A DNA stretch of 64,000 nucleotides from IMG/VR virus record IMGVR_UViG_3300043256_000348, positions 1-64,000 of that record; one strand, 5' to 3'. The notes under the pieces were generated by a model. The model saw only the letters and a program-made list of their open reading frames with translations, was not told where the DNA came from and did no database searches. Shown one piece after another: positions 1-9,297 of the stretch; within the stretch, counting starts at the first letter, position 1, and every line of letters starts with the position of its first letter. The DNA comes from a virus. The position numbers were made by a program, and so were the translations under genes.

Positions 1-117
1 TGGAGTCAGGCGGGGGTCGGCAACGTGGCGGTAGCCGCGAAGTCAGGCGAGCCGGGCGAGAGCGAGTGGAGCCAAGCGGGCGTGGGGGCGGTGAGCGTGG
101 CAGCGAGGGAATCTTGA
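1..117 (+). CDS. 3' end of a truncated (probably virion) protein with a repeated WSQAGVGxVxVAA motif
   Basis: Frame 1 open from window edge to TGA 115-117; WSQAGVGNVAVAA and WSQAGVGAVSVAA repeat 22 codons apart. Confidence 0.55.
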   Translation, partial: WSQAGVGNVAVAAKSGEPGESEWSQAGVGAVSVAARES

Positions 118-118
118 A

Positions 119-517
119 ATGAGTTTCGAGGTCAAAGCATACGCCAATCGAACGGTTGACTTCACGGTCACGCTGAAGACGAACAGTGGGGATTATTTGC
201 AACTCCAGTCGGGCGACGTGGTGCGGGTGAAGGTCGGTCGGGTGGGAACGGTGGAGCTTGACCTGGACTCGGCAGCCGCGTCGGCGAACGGGTCGAGCGT
301 GACGGTAGACCAGCTAGGCGACGGTTCGGCGACGCACGCCTCAGTGACGGTGAGGCTGGCACAGGGGGACACGAACGGGATGCGGGGGGCTTATGACTGC
401 GAGGTGCTCGTTGTCGATGATTCAGAGACGAGCCCGGCGGATGCGATCAAGGCGGCGGAGATCGGTGTCATTCACGTTCTGGGGCCGCTGCAAGACGGCG
501 ACGTGGGGAAGACCTGA
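119..517 (+). CDS. Hypothetical virion-associated beta-rich protein (BppU-N-like)
   Basis: 132 aa ORF coupled (TGATG) to head-tail connector; TVRL...DT...G.YDCEVLV pattern. Confidence 0.5.
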   Translation: MSFEVKAYANRTVDFTVTLKTNSGDYLQLQSGDVVRVKVGRVGTVELDLDSAAASANGSSVTVDQLGDGSATHASVTVRLAQGDTNGMRGAYDCEVLVVDDSETSPADAIKAAEIGVIHVLGPLQDGDVGKT

Positions 518-1242
518 TGATCTGTGCGAGAGCTGAAATCCTGGCGTTTCTCGGCAAAGGGGGTTCGGTAACGGACCAGGAAGATGGCTTAATCAACCTG
601 CTCTCCCCGATGGTCGAGCAGTCGGTCAAGCGGTTCGTCGGCTACTCGATCGAGCAGGCCACGCACACGCACTTCCTGCCGAGGGACAGGCGGGGCGGGA
701 ACGTCGACCCGGCCGTGCGGTACTACGACGTGCAGGGCGGCAAGGCGGTGGGGGCGACGATCGGTGGGGTGGCCGAGGCGGCGATGCTGCTGGTGCCGGA
801 GATCCCGTTACGGAGCATCACGAACCTCTATGAGGATACGAGCGCCTACGCGGGCCAGGGAAGCAGCGACTTCACTGCATCGACTGAGCTGACAAGCGGC
901 TCCGACTTCTATGTGCAGTACGAGCCAGCGGGGTTGTCTATGGGCGGGATCATTCACCGGACCGGAGGTTACTGGCCGGCGAAGAACGGCACGGTGAAGG
1001 TGGTCTACGTGGGCGGCTACACGCAGGCGGAGCTTTCGACGGGTATTGCGGCGGACATCAAGCTGGCGTGCCTGCTGTCGATCCAGCACGCCTTCGGACA
1101 GCGGGGCGAGAGCGCGGGGACGATCAAGGCGGAGCGGCTGGGGGACTACGCGGTGACTTACGCGGTGGAGCGGGCCGCCCAGATGCCAAGGCAGGCGAGG
1201 AAGCTACTCGGGCCTTTTGTCTCTTTTGGCAAGTTTTTGTAG
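517..1242 (+). CDS. Head-tail connector/adaptor protein
   Basis: VKVVYVGGY...ADIKLACL and ERLGDYAVTY motifs typical of gp15/gp6-like adaptors; position. Confidence 0.8.
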   Translation: MICARAEILAFLGKGGSVTDQEDGLINLLSPMVEQSVKRFVGYSIEQATHTHFLPRDRRGGNVDPAVRYYDVQGGKAVGATIGGVAEAAMLLVPEIPLRSITNLYEDTSAYAGQGSSDFTASTELTSGSDFYVQYEPAGLSMGGIIHRTGGYWPAKNGTVKVVYVGGYTQAELSTGIAADIKLACLLSIQHAFGQRGESAGTIKAERLGDYAVTYAVERAAQMPRQARKLLGPFVSFGKFL

Positions 1243-1244
1243 GC

Positions 1245-1580
1245 ATGAGCATTCAGAGCCTTTGCGACAAGCTGGTGACGCCGTACCCCCGCGTAAGAAG
1301 CGAGGGCGGGGCCGGGAGCGCGTCGTTCACCTACCCGACGGCGGGCACGCCGTTCCGCGTGAGGATACAGCCGGCCTCGTCTTACGAGCGGATGATCGCA
1401 TTGCAGCGGGACACGGAAATCAGCCACATTATGTATTCTCCGACTGACCCAAATGTCGTAAGGGAAACCAGGATTGTGTACAACAGCCGCAACTTCGACG
1501 TGCAGGCCACGCCGACTAATACCGACGAGCAGGACAGGCTTTGGAAACTAGAGGTCCTGGAGACCGGGCAGGAGCAGTGA
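1245..1580 (+). CDS. Head closure (stopper) protein, SPP1 gp16-like
   Basis: ATG at 1245; RIQPAS..ER, RIVYNSRNFDV motifs; position after adaptor. Confidence 0.75.
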   Translation: MSIQSLCDKLVTPYPRVRSEGGAGSASFTYPTAGTPFRVRIQPASSYERMIALQRDTEISHIMYSPTDPNVVRETRIVYNSRNFDVQATPTNTDEQDRLWKLEVLETGQEQ

Positions 1581-1581
1581 C

Positions 1582-2142
1582 GTGGCGAAGAAGGCGACGA
1601 TAAGGTGGTACGGCAAGCAGGTCAGCGCCAAGGTGAAGGCGGCTGGGTTCAAGGGCCTCCGCCGGGCAACGGCCTACGTGCAGCGAAAGGTGAAGGTGGC
1701 GATCAGCAAGCCGGCGATGGTCGGTGGCGGGGGGGCGAAGAGTCCGAGCAGGAAGCGGAAAACAAAGCCGCGGCGATACCAACACAGCAAGGCGGGCCAG
1801 CCGCCCCGGGCGATCACGGGTAAGCTGCGGCAGTCGATATTCCAGAGCACGGATAGGAAGCGGATGCTCGGCAGCGTGGGGACGACGCTTAAGTACGGAG
1901 CTGGTTTAGAAAGGGGAACGAAGCCGCATGGAATACGGGCTAGGCGGAAGAAAGTGCTTGTGTTCGGGGGAGAAACGCCGGGCGGCTGGGGTTGGATATT
2001 CCGCAAGCGGGTGTCGCACCCGGGCGTGAAGCCGAGGCCGTACCTCTGGGCTACGGTGAAGAAAGAGAAGGCCAAGATCAAGTCGCTGATCTTCGGGGAG
2101 ATGAAGAAGGCGATGCACGGTCAGGTGAAGCTAGGGATATGA
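1582..2142 (+). CDS. HK97 gp10-like tail completion protein
   Basis: Basic protein with TGKLRQSI, KYGAGLERGT, HPGVKPRPYL motifs. Confidence 0.8.
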   Translation: MAKKATIRWYGKQVSAKVKAAGFKGLRRATAYVQRKVKVAISKPAMVGGGGAKSPSRKRKTKPRRYQHSKAGQPPRAITGKLRQSIFQSTDRKRMLGSVGTTLKYGAGLERGTKPHGIRARRKKVLVFGGETPGGWGWIFRKRVSHPGVKPRPYLWATVKKEKAKIKSLIFGEMKKAMHGQVKLGI

Positions 2143-2143
2143 T

Positions 2144-2542
2144 ATGGCGAGCTTCTTCGCGCAGATCAAGACGAAGTTCGACGCGGAGGGGACGCTGGTG
2201 GCATCGCCGTTCACCACGCTCTACATGGGCGAGGGGCCGGACAGCGAGACCTACCCGTTCTGCGTGATCGTGCCGGCCGAGGAGACCAAGCAATCGGGCA
2301 GCTTCGGCAGCAACTACCACGAGGAGTCGTTCGAGTTCCACGCGGTCGACCGGACTCAGGAGCTGGTCGAGGCGCACGGCGACCTGATCGAGGCGGCGTT
2401 CAAGGACTGCGAGACAAGCCTGACCGTGACGGGCCTGACGGTGATCCGGCTGGACCTGACTGCCCGCCGGTCGTCGCAGGTCGAGGAGAACCTTTGGGAA
2501 GAGGTCCTGGAGTACACGGCGGAGTACCAGAAACCGAGGTGA
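2144..2542 (+). CDS. Tail terminator protein
   Basis: Acidic 132 aa, YPFCVI motif, position between gp10-like gene and tail tube. Confidence 0.65.
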   Translation: MASFFAQIKTKFDAEGTLVASPFTTLYMGEGPDSETYPFCVIVPAEETKQSGSFGSNYHEESFEFHAVDRTQELVEAHGDLIEAAFKDCETSLTVTGLTVIRLDLTARRSSQVEENLWEEVLEYTAEYQKPR

Positions 2543-2545
2543 GAT

Positions 2546-3094
2546 ATGACGAGAAGCCTGACAGGAAGAGTGCGGACGCGGGTTGAGTGGACCTACGAGG
2601 ACACGCTTGACCTGAGCACGCCAAAGGACCGCGATCAGCTAAGCCTGCTGAAGTCGCTGACCAACGGGACGGGCAGCGACCAGGTCAACCGGATGTGGCA
2701 CGACCGGCGGCGGCTGTCGCAGTCAAGCGGCACTGACTCTCTGGACCTAGCGGGCGGGCTGACCGACGTGTTCGGCAACGTGCTGACGTTCACCAAGATC
2801 AAGGTGCTGTTCGTATTCAACAAGGGCGTGCGGAGCGGGTCAACCTGGGTGCAGACGGCGGGGCAGGACATCCTGGTTGGCGGGGCGGCGAGCAACGCAT
2901 GGGCGGCGTGGTTGAACGACAACCAGGCCGCGGAGGCGAGGGTCCGCAGCGGCGGCGTGCTGCTGATGACCTGTCCGGAGGAAGGCTGGCGGGTGAGCCC
3001 CGGGGCGAGTGACATCCTCCAGGTCACGTGGGACGGGTCGGCGGCGTCGGGGGACGACATCGACTACGACATTATTCTGATGGGCGTCGCGTAA
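2546..3094 (+). CDS. Hypothetical structural protein
   Basis: 182 aa beta-rich ORF within the tail operon. Confidence 0.55.
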   Translation: MTRSLTGRVRTRVEWTYEDTLDLSTPKDRDQLSLLKSLTNGTGSDQVNRMWHDRRRLSQSSGTDSLDLAGGLTDVFGNVLTFTKIKVLFVFNKGVRSGSTWVQTAGQDILVGGAASNAWAAWLNDNQAAEARVRSGGVLLMTCPEEGWRVSPGASDILQVTWDGSAASGDDIDYDIILMGVA

Positions 3095-3130
3095 AGGCGC
3101 CCGCGTCCCTTTGACTTTGGAGGAAGAGAT

Positions 3131-3529
3131 ATGGCCACCGTATCAGGCAAGTACGGCCAGGTGGACGTGGGCTCCAGCACGTTCACGGAGTGCAATCATT
3201 GGACCATGGAGATAGTCGTCGACGCGAGCCAGTTCGGCACGTTCGGCGGCGGCGGAGATAAGACCGGCAACGTCGGTCAGAGGTCCGCAACGGGCACGAT
3301 CGAGGGGCCCTACGACTTGGCCAACCCGGTCGAGCAGGATATCACGGCCGGCTCGTCCGTGACGCTGGTGCTGTACCTCTCAACTGCGGCGGGAGGCGAG
3401 GCTCGAAGCTACACGCTGACTGCCCAGATCACGAGCCTGTCGTTCGAGGTCGAGGGCGATACGGGCGAGAAGGTCTCGTGGTCGGCCAACTTCCAGAGCA
3501 GCGGCGCGATCACGCCGCCGACGGAGTAA
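3131..3529 (+). CDS. Major tail (tube) protein
   Basis: RBS GGAGGA; SGKYGQV...W.MEI...SATGTIEG...FQSSGAIT tube-protein pattern; precedes chaperones and TMP. Confidence 0.75.
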   Translation: MATVSGKYGQVDVGSSTFTECNHWTMEIVVDASQFGTFGGGGDKTGNVGQRSATGTIEGPYDLANPVEQDITAGSSVTLVLYLSTAAGGEARSYTLTAQITSLSFEVEGDTGEKVSWSANFQSSGAITPPTE

Positions 3530-3548
3530 ACAACCGGAGGACATTACG

Positions 3549-4052
3549 ATGGACGGTGCAAGCCGCATGTTCGCGGCGCCGATCGAGGAGACGATCGGCG
3601 GAAGGAAGCTGCGCATCAACCCCCAGGTGGCGGAGATGCGGGGGGAGGTGGAACAGCACATACTCTCCCTGCGCCCGAACCCGCTCCAGGTGGCGAGGGA
3701 CAACGTGGAGCTGTTCGCAGGCAGCCCCGCCCTACAGTCCGAGCTGATGCGCCTGGCTATGCAGGAGGCGTGCAGGATTAAGTCGGTAGCGCGTTTCGAG
3801 CTGGCCGAGTGGCTGGCCACGGTCGAGGGCACGGTCTACATACTGTGGCTCCAGTCGAAAGACTGCAACCAGCCTTCGCCGACGCTGGACGAGATCGGCG
3901 AGCTGTACGACGCCGAGGTTCAGTTGGCCATTGACGCGGCCGAAGGCGGCAATGCTAAAGAGGTCGCTGGAGACGTGCTTGAGCGCATACAAGAGAAGAT
4001 GAACAAGCCTTCCGGCGAGGACGAATTGGGAAACTCGACTGGCCCGCTGTAG
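3549..4052 (+). CDS. Tail assembly chaperone (gpG-like)
   Basis: Between tube and TMP; slippery G GGA AAC near 3' end. Confidence 0.75.
   Translation: MDGASRMFAAPIEETIGGRKLRINPQVAEMRGEVEQHILSLRPNPLQVARDNVELFAGSPALQSELMRLAMQEACRIKSVARFELAEWLATVEGTVYILWLQSKDCNQPSPTLDEIGELYDAEVQLAIDAAEGGNAKEVAGDVLERIQEKMNKPSGEDELGNSTGPL
4028..4034 (+). other. Programmed -1 ribosomal frameshift site (G GGA AAC)
   Basis: X XXY YYZ heptamer in correct phase; -1 frame is open to TGA 4286-4288. Confidence 0.8.
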
Positions 4053-4288
4053 AAAGCGGGCCGGACGACAAGTATGTGCCGATGCCTTGGCGGCGAATCT
4101 GCCGGACCCTGGCCCGGGAGTACGGCTTCACGCCGCAGCAGGTGGGCAAGATGACCACGTACCAGATTCGGACGTACATGGCCCCGGAGTCGGACCTGGG
4201 GCCGGGCACGTTCCGCGTCTCGGCCGAAGAGTCGGCGGCGGCGTCCGCCCGAATCCAAGAGAGCCACAGACTGCGAGGATTGACCTGA
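4034..4288 (+). CDS. Frameshift extension of the tail assembly chaperone (gpGT-like C-terminus)
   Basis: -1 frame LDWPAVESG...EYGFTPQQVGKMTTYQI, typical gpT-like motif. Confidence 0.7.
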   Translation, partial: LDWPAVESGPDDKYVPMPWRRICRTLAREYGFTPQQVGKMTTYQIRTYMAPESDLGPGTFRVSAEESAAASARIQESHRLRGLT

Positions 4289-4289
4289 T

Positions 4290-6491
4290 ATGGCCCTGAA
4301 GCTAGGAGAGGCGTTCGCCCTGATCGGCCTGAGGACCGGCTCGTTCGACGCCGGGCTGAAGAGGGTCCAGGCGTCGTTCCAGATGGGCATCAGGCGCATG
4401 GAGGCGGTCGCCGCGAAGGCCAGGATGGGGCTGTTGCTAGCCGGCGGCATGGCCGCGGTCGCAGTCAAAGCAGCCGCTGGCTTCGAGCAGGGCATGGCCC
4501 GCGTCGCTGCCTTGACCAGCGCGACGGGAGCCGAGTTCGACGCGCTGAAGCAGAAGGCGAAGGACCTGGGCCGCACGACGGTGTTCTCGGCCCGGCAGTC
4601 GGCGGAGGCCATGGGCTTCTTCGCTCTAGCCGGCTTCAAGTCCGACAAGATCCTCGCGTCTATGAAGCCGACGCTCGACCTGGCCGCGGCCGGGCAGTTG
4701 GACGTGGCTCAGGCTGCGGACATCGCCGCCAAGATTATGGCCGGCATGAAGCTGAGCGCGAGCGAGCTGACCCATACGGTGGACGTGCTGGCCAAGGCGT
4801 TCACCACCAGCAACACGGACCTGGTGCAGCTCGGCGAGGCCATGAGGCACGTCGGGCCGGTCGGCAAAGCGTCCGGCAAGAAGATCGAAGAGCTGGTCGC
4901 CACGATCCAGGTGATGAGCAACGCGGGCATCCAGGGCGCGTCGGCCGGCATGGCGCTGCGCAACATGCTGATCCGGCTCCAGGCCCAGCCGAGCGAGGTG
5001 AAGAAGGCGCTCAAGCTGCTCGGTGTCGAGATCGCCGACGAGTCGGGGAAGATGAAGCACCTCGGGCAGGTCGTCAACGAGGTCAAGGCGGGCCTCCAGA
5101 AGTACACGCTGACGGAGCAGCAGGCGATCATAGCCGCGTTGGCCGGGACCCGCGCGATGGCGGCGTTCAGCGCGATGATGAGCGAGGGGGGCGACGCGAT
5201 CCGCGAGATGGAGAGGCGGCTCCAGGACGCGGGCGGCACAGCCAAGCGGATTGCGGACATACAACTGAACACGTTCCAGGGGCGTCTGACGATACTGAAG
5301 TCGGCGGCCGAGGGGCTGGCGATCACGATCGGCGAGCAGCTTCTGCCGCCGCTGCGGAAGCTGGTCAACCGGATCACGAAGTGGACGAGCGTGTTGGCCG
5401 AGAGCGGCGAGGGCGCCGTGTCGCACGCCCTCGGCATCGCCAAGGTGATCGTCCAGTACGGGATACTGCTCCTGATTATGCCGAAAATCCTCGGGGCCAT
5501 GTCGGCATTGATGGGGCTGACGGCAGCGGGGGGCGCCTTGGCGCTGGGCCTGACAGCGATCGCGGGGATGCTCGGCATGTACGCAATGGCGGCGGCGTCT
5601 GCGGCCGCGTCAGGGAAGGATTTCAATGAGGTCCTGTACGAGCAGCTCACGAACATGACGGGGCTGCGCAACCGATTCAAGGAAATGAGGGAGGAGCAGG
5701 CAAAGCAGGTTGCCGCGACAAAAGATCTGCACAAGATGCAGACGACGGAGACCAAGGGCGGGGAAGCGGCCGCAGACCAATGGTTCGATGAGGTTAAAGC
5801 CCAAGAGGAGCGAGTTAAGGCATCGCAGAAAGTAGTGTCCCAGCGGCGGAAAGACTTGGAGCAATTTGAGAAAAGAAAGGCAGCCGAGGGATTCTTCGCG
5901 AGGGGCGCAAAGTGGCGAGGGGAAGAGCGTGCCCTGAAAGATGAACTCAGGGACGCCTCAGTTCGAGTTCGGGCAGCGGAAGCGGCTTTGGCCGAGGCGC
6001 GGGCCGGGGCAGCCGAGGCCCAAGGAAGAGAGATGCAACGGCAGCTCGTGGAATCACTAGGTCCCCGAACTAAGGACACGAAGTTTGCCAAGCTAATGCA
6101 AACGGTGGCCGAGCAGGAGATGGGCCTGGACGTAGCCCGCGAAGCAAAGCTGGAGGCCGCCCAGCGAAAGCAGTTCGATGCTTTCATGGCGAAGGCCGGT
6201 GGGATGTTGTGGCTCGGCAAAGAGCGGCTAGGAACCATGATGGGGCTACGCGGCATCGGCGGACGGATCGAGGAAGCCGAGGGCCGGGCGAAAGCGGCCC
6301 GACGCACGCCGGAGTTCACGGCCATCGCGGACTTCGCCAAGTCGATCCAGACGCGCATACAGGACAAGAAGGCCATCAACGTGGCCGAGAAGCAATTGGA
6401 GGTACTGAAGAAGCAGCGGGAGATCCAGGAGAAGCGGCTGGTGTCGATCGACGAACAGTTGAAAAAGGGACTCGTGGGGAGGGCTGGCTAA
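4290..6491 (+). CDS. Tail tape measure protein (TP901 family core)
   Basis: FEQGMARVAA, TTVFSARQSAEAM, SNTDLVQLGEAM, GIQGASAGMALR motifs; 733 aa. Confidence 0.92.
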   Translation: MALKLGEAFALIGLRTGSFDAGLKRVQASFQMGIRRMEAVAAKARMGLLLAGGMAAVAVKAAAGFEQGMARVAALTSATGAEFDALKQKAKDLGRTTVFSARQSAEAMGFFALAGFKSDKILASMKPTLDLAAAGQLDVAQAADIAAKIMAGMKLSASELTHTVDVLAKAFTTSNTDLVQLGEAMRHVGPVGKASGKKIEELVATIQVMSNAGIQGASAGMALRNMLIRLQAQPSEVKKALKLLGVEIADESGKMKHLGQVVNEVKAGLQKYTLTEQQAIIAALAGTRAMAAFSAMMSEGGDAIREMERRLQDAGGTAKRIADIQLNTFQGRLTILKSAAEGLAITIGEQLLPPLRKLVNRITKWTSVLAESGEGAVSHALGIAKVIVQYGILLLIMPKILGAMSALMGLTAAGGALALGLTAIAGMLGMYAMAAASAAASGKDFNEVLYEQLTNMTGLRNRFKEMREEQAKQVAATKDLHKMQTTETKGGEAAADQWFDEVKAQEERVKASQKVVSQRRKDLEQFEKRKAAEGFFARGAKWRGEERALKDELRDASVRVRAAEAALAEARAGAAEAQGREMQRQLVESLGPRTKDTKFAKLMQTVAEQEMGLDVAREAKLEAAQRKQFDAFMAKAGGMLWLGKERLGTMMGLRGIGGRIEEAEGRAKAARRTPEFTAIADFAKSIQTRIQDKKAINVAEKQLEVLKKQREIQEKRLVSIDEQLKKGLVGRAG

Positions 6492-7339
6492 TGGCAGTGT
6501 CATTCACTGAGAAGAAGCGGTCGCTGACCTTGGGCATGGACGGGGCGACGGCGACCCGCGTGTTGGAGATCGCTGGGGCGGACTTGGAGGCGCTGTGCGT
6601 GGAGCTATTCTCCGTGGAGTTCCTGGCCGGGCTCGGCTATACGGTGGGCAACCGGGCCCGGCACCCGCAGTACAACTGGCTGAGAGCGGAGGGGCTGAGC
6701 TTCGAGGCGGGCGATCCGGAGAACCCGCCGGCCGTCGCCGGTACGGAGTACGCATTGCTTGACGCGACGGTCACGTACCGCGGCAGGCTGGTGTCCGTTG
6801 ACCTGATGGCCGGCCAGTTCGAGCCGGAGGTGCCGACAGGTACATACCTGTCGCACACCCGCACGGCGACGGCCGAGATGATGACGCTGCCGGGGCACGG
6901 GTTCACCTGGCAGAATGCGGCGGGTGACCCGGTGGGCGAGGACATCGACGCGGGCATCATCATCCCGACGATCACGCACGAGTGGACGTGGTACTACGTC
7001 CTCGACCCGCCCTGGACGAACCTGCGTAAGTATATGGGGTCGGTCAACCGGGCCAACACGCCGTACAACGAGGCGAAGGCCGAGACGCTGCTGTTCGCCG
7101 GCTACTCGGCCAGCCGCGACTGGACGTTCGAGGGGGGCGAATTCTGGAACCTCTCGCTGACGGTGATCGAGAAGTACATCGACCTGACGCCGGACGACGT
7201 GGGCGGTACGATCTACGGCTGGAACCACTTCTGGCATCCGAACGCCGACCCGCCCTGGCAGAAGCTCTGGAACCCGGCGGCGGCTACGGACGAGGTGTAC
7301 CCGCTGGCGAACTTCACCAACCTGTTCCGGGGAGAGTGA
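6491..7339 (+). CDS. Tail tip / distal tail-hub protein (putative)
   Basis: ATG 6491 overlapping TMP stop; position; GWNHFW motif. Confidence 0.6.
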   Translation: MAVSFTEKKRSLTLGMDGATATRVLEIAGADLEALCVELFSVEFLAGLGYTVGNRARHPQYNWLRAEGLSFEAGDPENPPAVAGTEYALLDATVTYRGRLVSVDLMAGQFEPEVPTGTYLSHTRTATAEMMTLPGHGFTWQNAAGDPVGEDIDAGIIIPTITHEWTWYYVLDPPWTNLRKYMGSVNRANTPYNEAKAETLLFAGYSASRDWTFEGGEFWNLSLTVIEKYIDLTPDDVGGTIYGWNHFWHPNADPPWQKLWNPAAATDEVYPLANFTNLFRGE

Positions 7340-7340
7340 C

Positions 7341-8249
7341 GTGGGCCCGCTGACGCCGTGGGAACAGGGCGACTTCATCACTCACCGCCGGCTGAACGAC
7401 ATGCAGCGGCGGGCCGAGCTGGCGGGCAAGGTCCGCGGAGCCGGCGATACCACCGTAGGCGTCAGCATGACCGGCGTGCGGATCGCCTCGCCCCGCGCGA
7501 GCAAGACGATCCCCTTCCTGCTCCAGAACGGGTTGACGTACCCTGCCTTCTCCTTGCAGCCGCCCTATACCGAGGACGCGCAGGCTGTCTACCTGGACAC
7601 ACCCAACACCGACTACTTGGGGCAGACGTCGCGGACGGCCACGCTGTACTACCTGCTCGCATTGCGGGATTCCGGCGACAATTACGTCGGGCTTCCGGCC
7701 TGGCGGTCCGGTATGATCGTATACGCCATTTGGAGCAAGCAGAGCGGGCGGTGGGAAGTGGTTGCTCCTGAGCCGCAGACAACTTGGCCGTTCGAGTTGA
7801 CTGAGAATTTGATATTCGGCAGCAACGCGACGGCTAAGGTGCTGATCCTTTCTGGCGGCACGTACTCAGTTGACGACGATGTGACGTTCGAGGTCTACGA
7901 CCCGTTCAGCAAGTTCAACCAGAACGACAAGCCTACCGGGCAGGGCGGGGCAAGGGGGTACGCGAAGTGGTTGCCGGACAGCGCCCAGTTCGAGATCGTC
8001 GAGCTTGAGCACCAGGCGCGGTGGATCAAGTTCATTTTGAACGCAGCCTTGGCGACTACTGACGCAAGTGTTGCTTGCGACAATGTGACCTACGTCGATG
8101 GCTACCAGCCCGATACGGCAGTCACGACGGTTTACAACGAACCGGCCAGCAGCGATTACATTTACGAGGGGGACAACAACGACAAGGGTCAGGCCGTCTA
8201 CGATCCGGGCAACGACAAATACTGGATTAGAATGGTGGAGTGCCCGTGA
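7341..8249 (+). CDS. Tail tip / fibre-like protein (putative)
   Basis: PWEQGD...RLND N-terminus; three internally similar modules ending WEVV, FEIV, YWIR. Confidence 0.55.
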   Translation: MGPLTPWEQGDFITHRRLNDMQRRAELAGKVRGAGDTTVGVSMTGVRIASPRASKTIPFLLQNGLTYPAFSLQPPYTEDAQAVYLDTPNTDYLGQTSRTATLYYLLALRDSGDNYVGLPAWRSGMIVYAIWSKQSGRWEVVAPEPQTTWPFELTENLIFGSNATAKVLILSGGTYSVDDDVTFEVYDPFSKFNQNDKPTGQGGARGYAKWLPDSAQFEIVELEHQARWIKFILNAALATTDASVACDNVTYVDGYQPDTAVTTVYNEPASSDYIYEGDNNDKGQAVYDPGNDKYWIRMVECP

Positions 8250-8758
8250 TGCCTCGCCACTGGGCAAAACTCCAGAGCGGGCTGTACGTGCCGCCGTTCA
8301 TTGGCCGGTTGGTGCCGAAGATTCCGATGATGACTTTTGCACCGTGGTATCCGTGTGGTTGCTGCGGTGGGGAACCCTGTACGCATTGTTCGGGCACGAC
8401 GCCTTTGCAGTATCAACTCGATGTAAGCGGTGTCGCGGATGAAGATTGTGCCCTTTGCGATGAGACGTATGATGGACAGTTTATATTGACGCAGAGCGGG
8501 GTGGGTAATTGTCGCTGGACATACGATTTTGATTCGGCAGCTTGCGGCGGGCCGCTCAACGACAATTATACTCTGGATATTGGGGCACCAGTAAACAAAA
8601 CCACGTTGGGTTTATCGTTTGGCGGCGTGGGAATTATGGTGTGGAATAAGGTAATCAGTCCGCCCATAGATTGCAGTAGTTTTCAATTGTTATATTCCTC
8701 ACGTAGTCAAACTGAGTGCGCTGGTGTTGGCTCAACTGCCGACCTAACAGCTTTGTAA
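8249..8758 (+). CDS. Cys-rich tail-associated protein with low-GC variable C-terminus
   Basis: PCGCCGGEPCTHC motif; TGATG coupling; AT-richer 3' half. Confidence 0.6.
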   Translation: MPRHWAKLQSGLYVPPFIGRLVPKIPMMTFAPWYPCGCCGGEPCTHCSGTTPLQYQLDVSGVADEDCALCDETYDGQFILTQSGVGNCRWTYDFDSAACGGPLNDNYTLDIGAPVNKTTLGLSFGGVGIMVWNKVISPPIDCSSFQLLYSSRSQTECAGVGSTADLTAL

Positions 8759-9183
8759 TGGACTGCCCCTTCCAACTCAACACCGACGGCCTCTGGCAAT
8801 GCCCGCAATGCAAGTGGGTTTACAAACTGAAAGCCGACAAGCCGCCCCGCCGCAACTGCCCGAAGGCTCCGAATCTTCGCCCGGCAGCCGAGAAACTAGG
8901 GATTGAATGGAAAGATGTAGAGCACTACGCCCAAGCGCTCGCGCGTTGGCGGGCAGCCGGTTATCCGGTGCGAACGGAAGAGGAAACCGCAATATGCTTT
9001 CGGATTTGCGGAGGTGGTTGTGGCACTGGCGGTTGCCAGAAACCGTGTGAGCACTACCGCGCAGGAAAGATATTCGACGGTGGACGCTGTAAACTGTGCC
9101 GCTGCGGCGTGTCCGAGAGCCGCTTCGCTCTGGTGAACAAGATCAAGATGGTAACGGAGAGTTGCCCAGATGGGAGGTGGTGA
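8758..9183 (+). CDS. Cys-rich zinc-binding protein
   Basis: TAATG coupling; several CxxC motifs and C-terminal ESCPDGRW. Confidence 0.6.
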   Translation: MDCPFQLNTDGLWQCPQCKWVYKLKADKPPRRNCPKAPNLRPAAEKLGIEWKDVEHYAQALARWRAAGYPVRTEEETAICFRICGGGCGTGGCQKPCEHYRAGKIFDGGRCKLCRCGVSESRFALVNKIKMVTESCPDGRW

Positions 9184-9297
9184 TGAGCGTTCACGTCGTC
9201 GAAGGCGGAGCCGGTCCCATGATCCACGTTTGTAATCCCCTATTTTTGGCTCATGGAGTGGTTGTGGATATTGTCGTGGTGGTTCAGCCCGTCGCCC

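Noticed and set aside
4626-6379. Long antisense ORFs (556 aa, 266 aa) opposite the tape measure gene, and similar shadows elsewhere (e.g. 42920-43723, 26283-27077)
   Set aside because: Typical stop-poor shadow frames of high-GC coding DNA; no motifs or RBS, and they fully overlap well-supported genes
8249-8758. Diversity-generating retroelement target in the variable tail-tip gene
   Set aside because: No reverse transcriptase and no TR/VR repeat pair differing at adenines seen in the window
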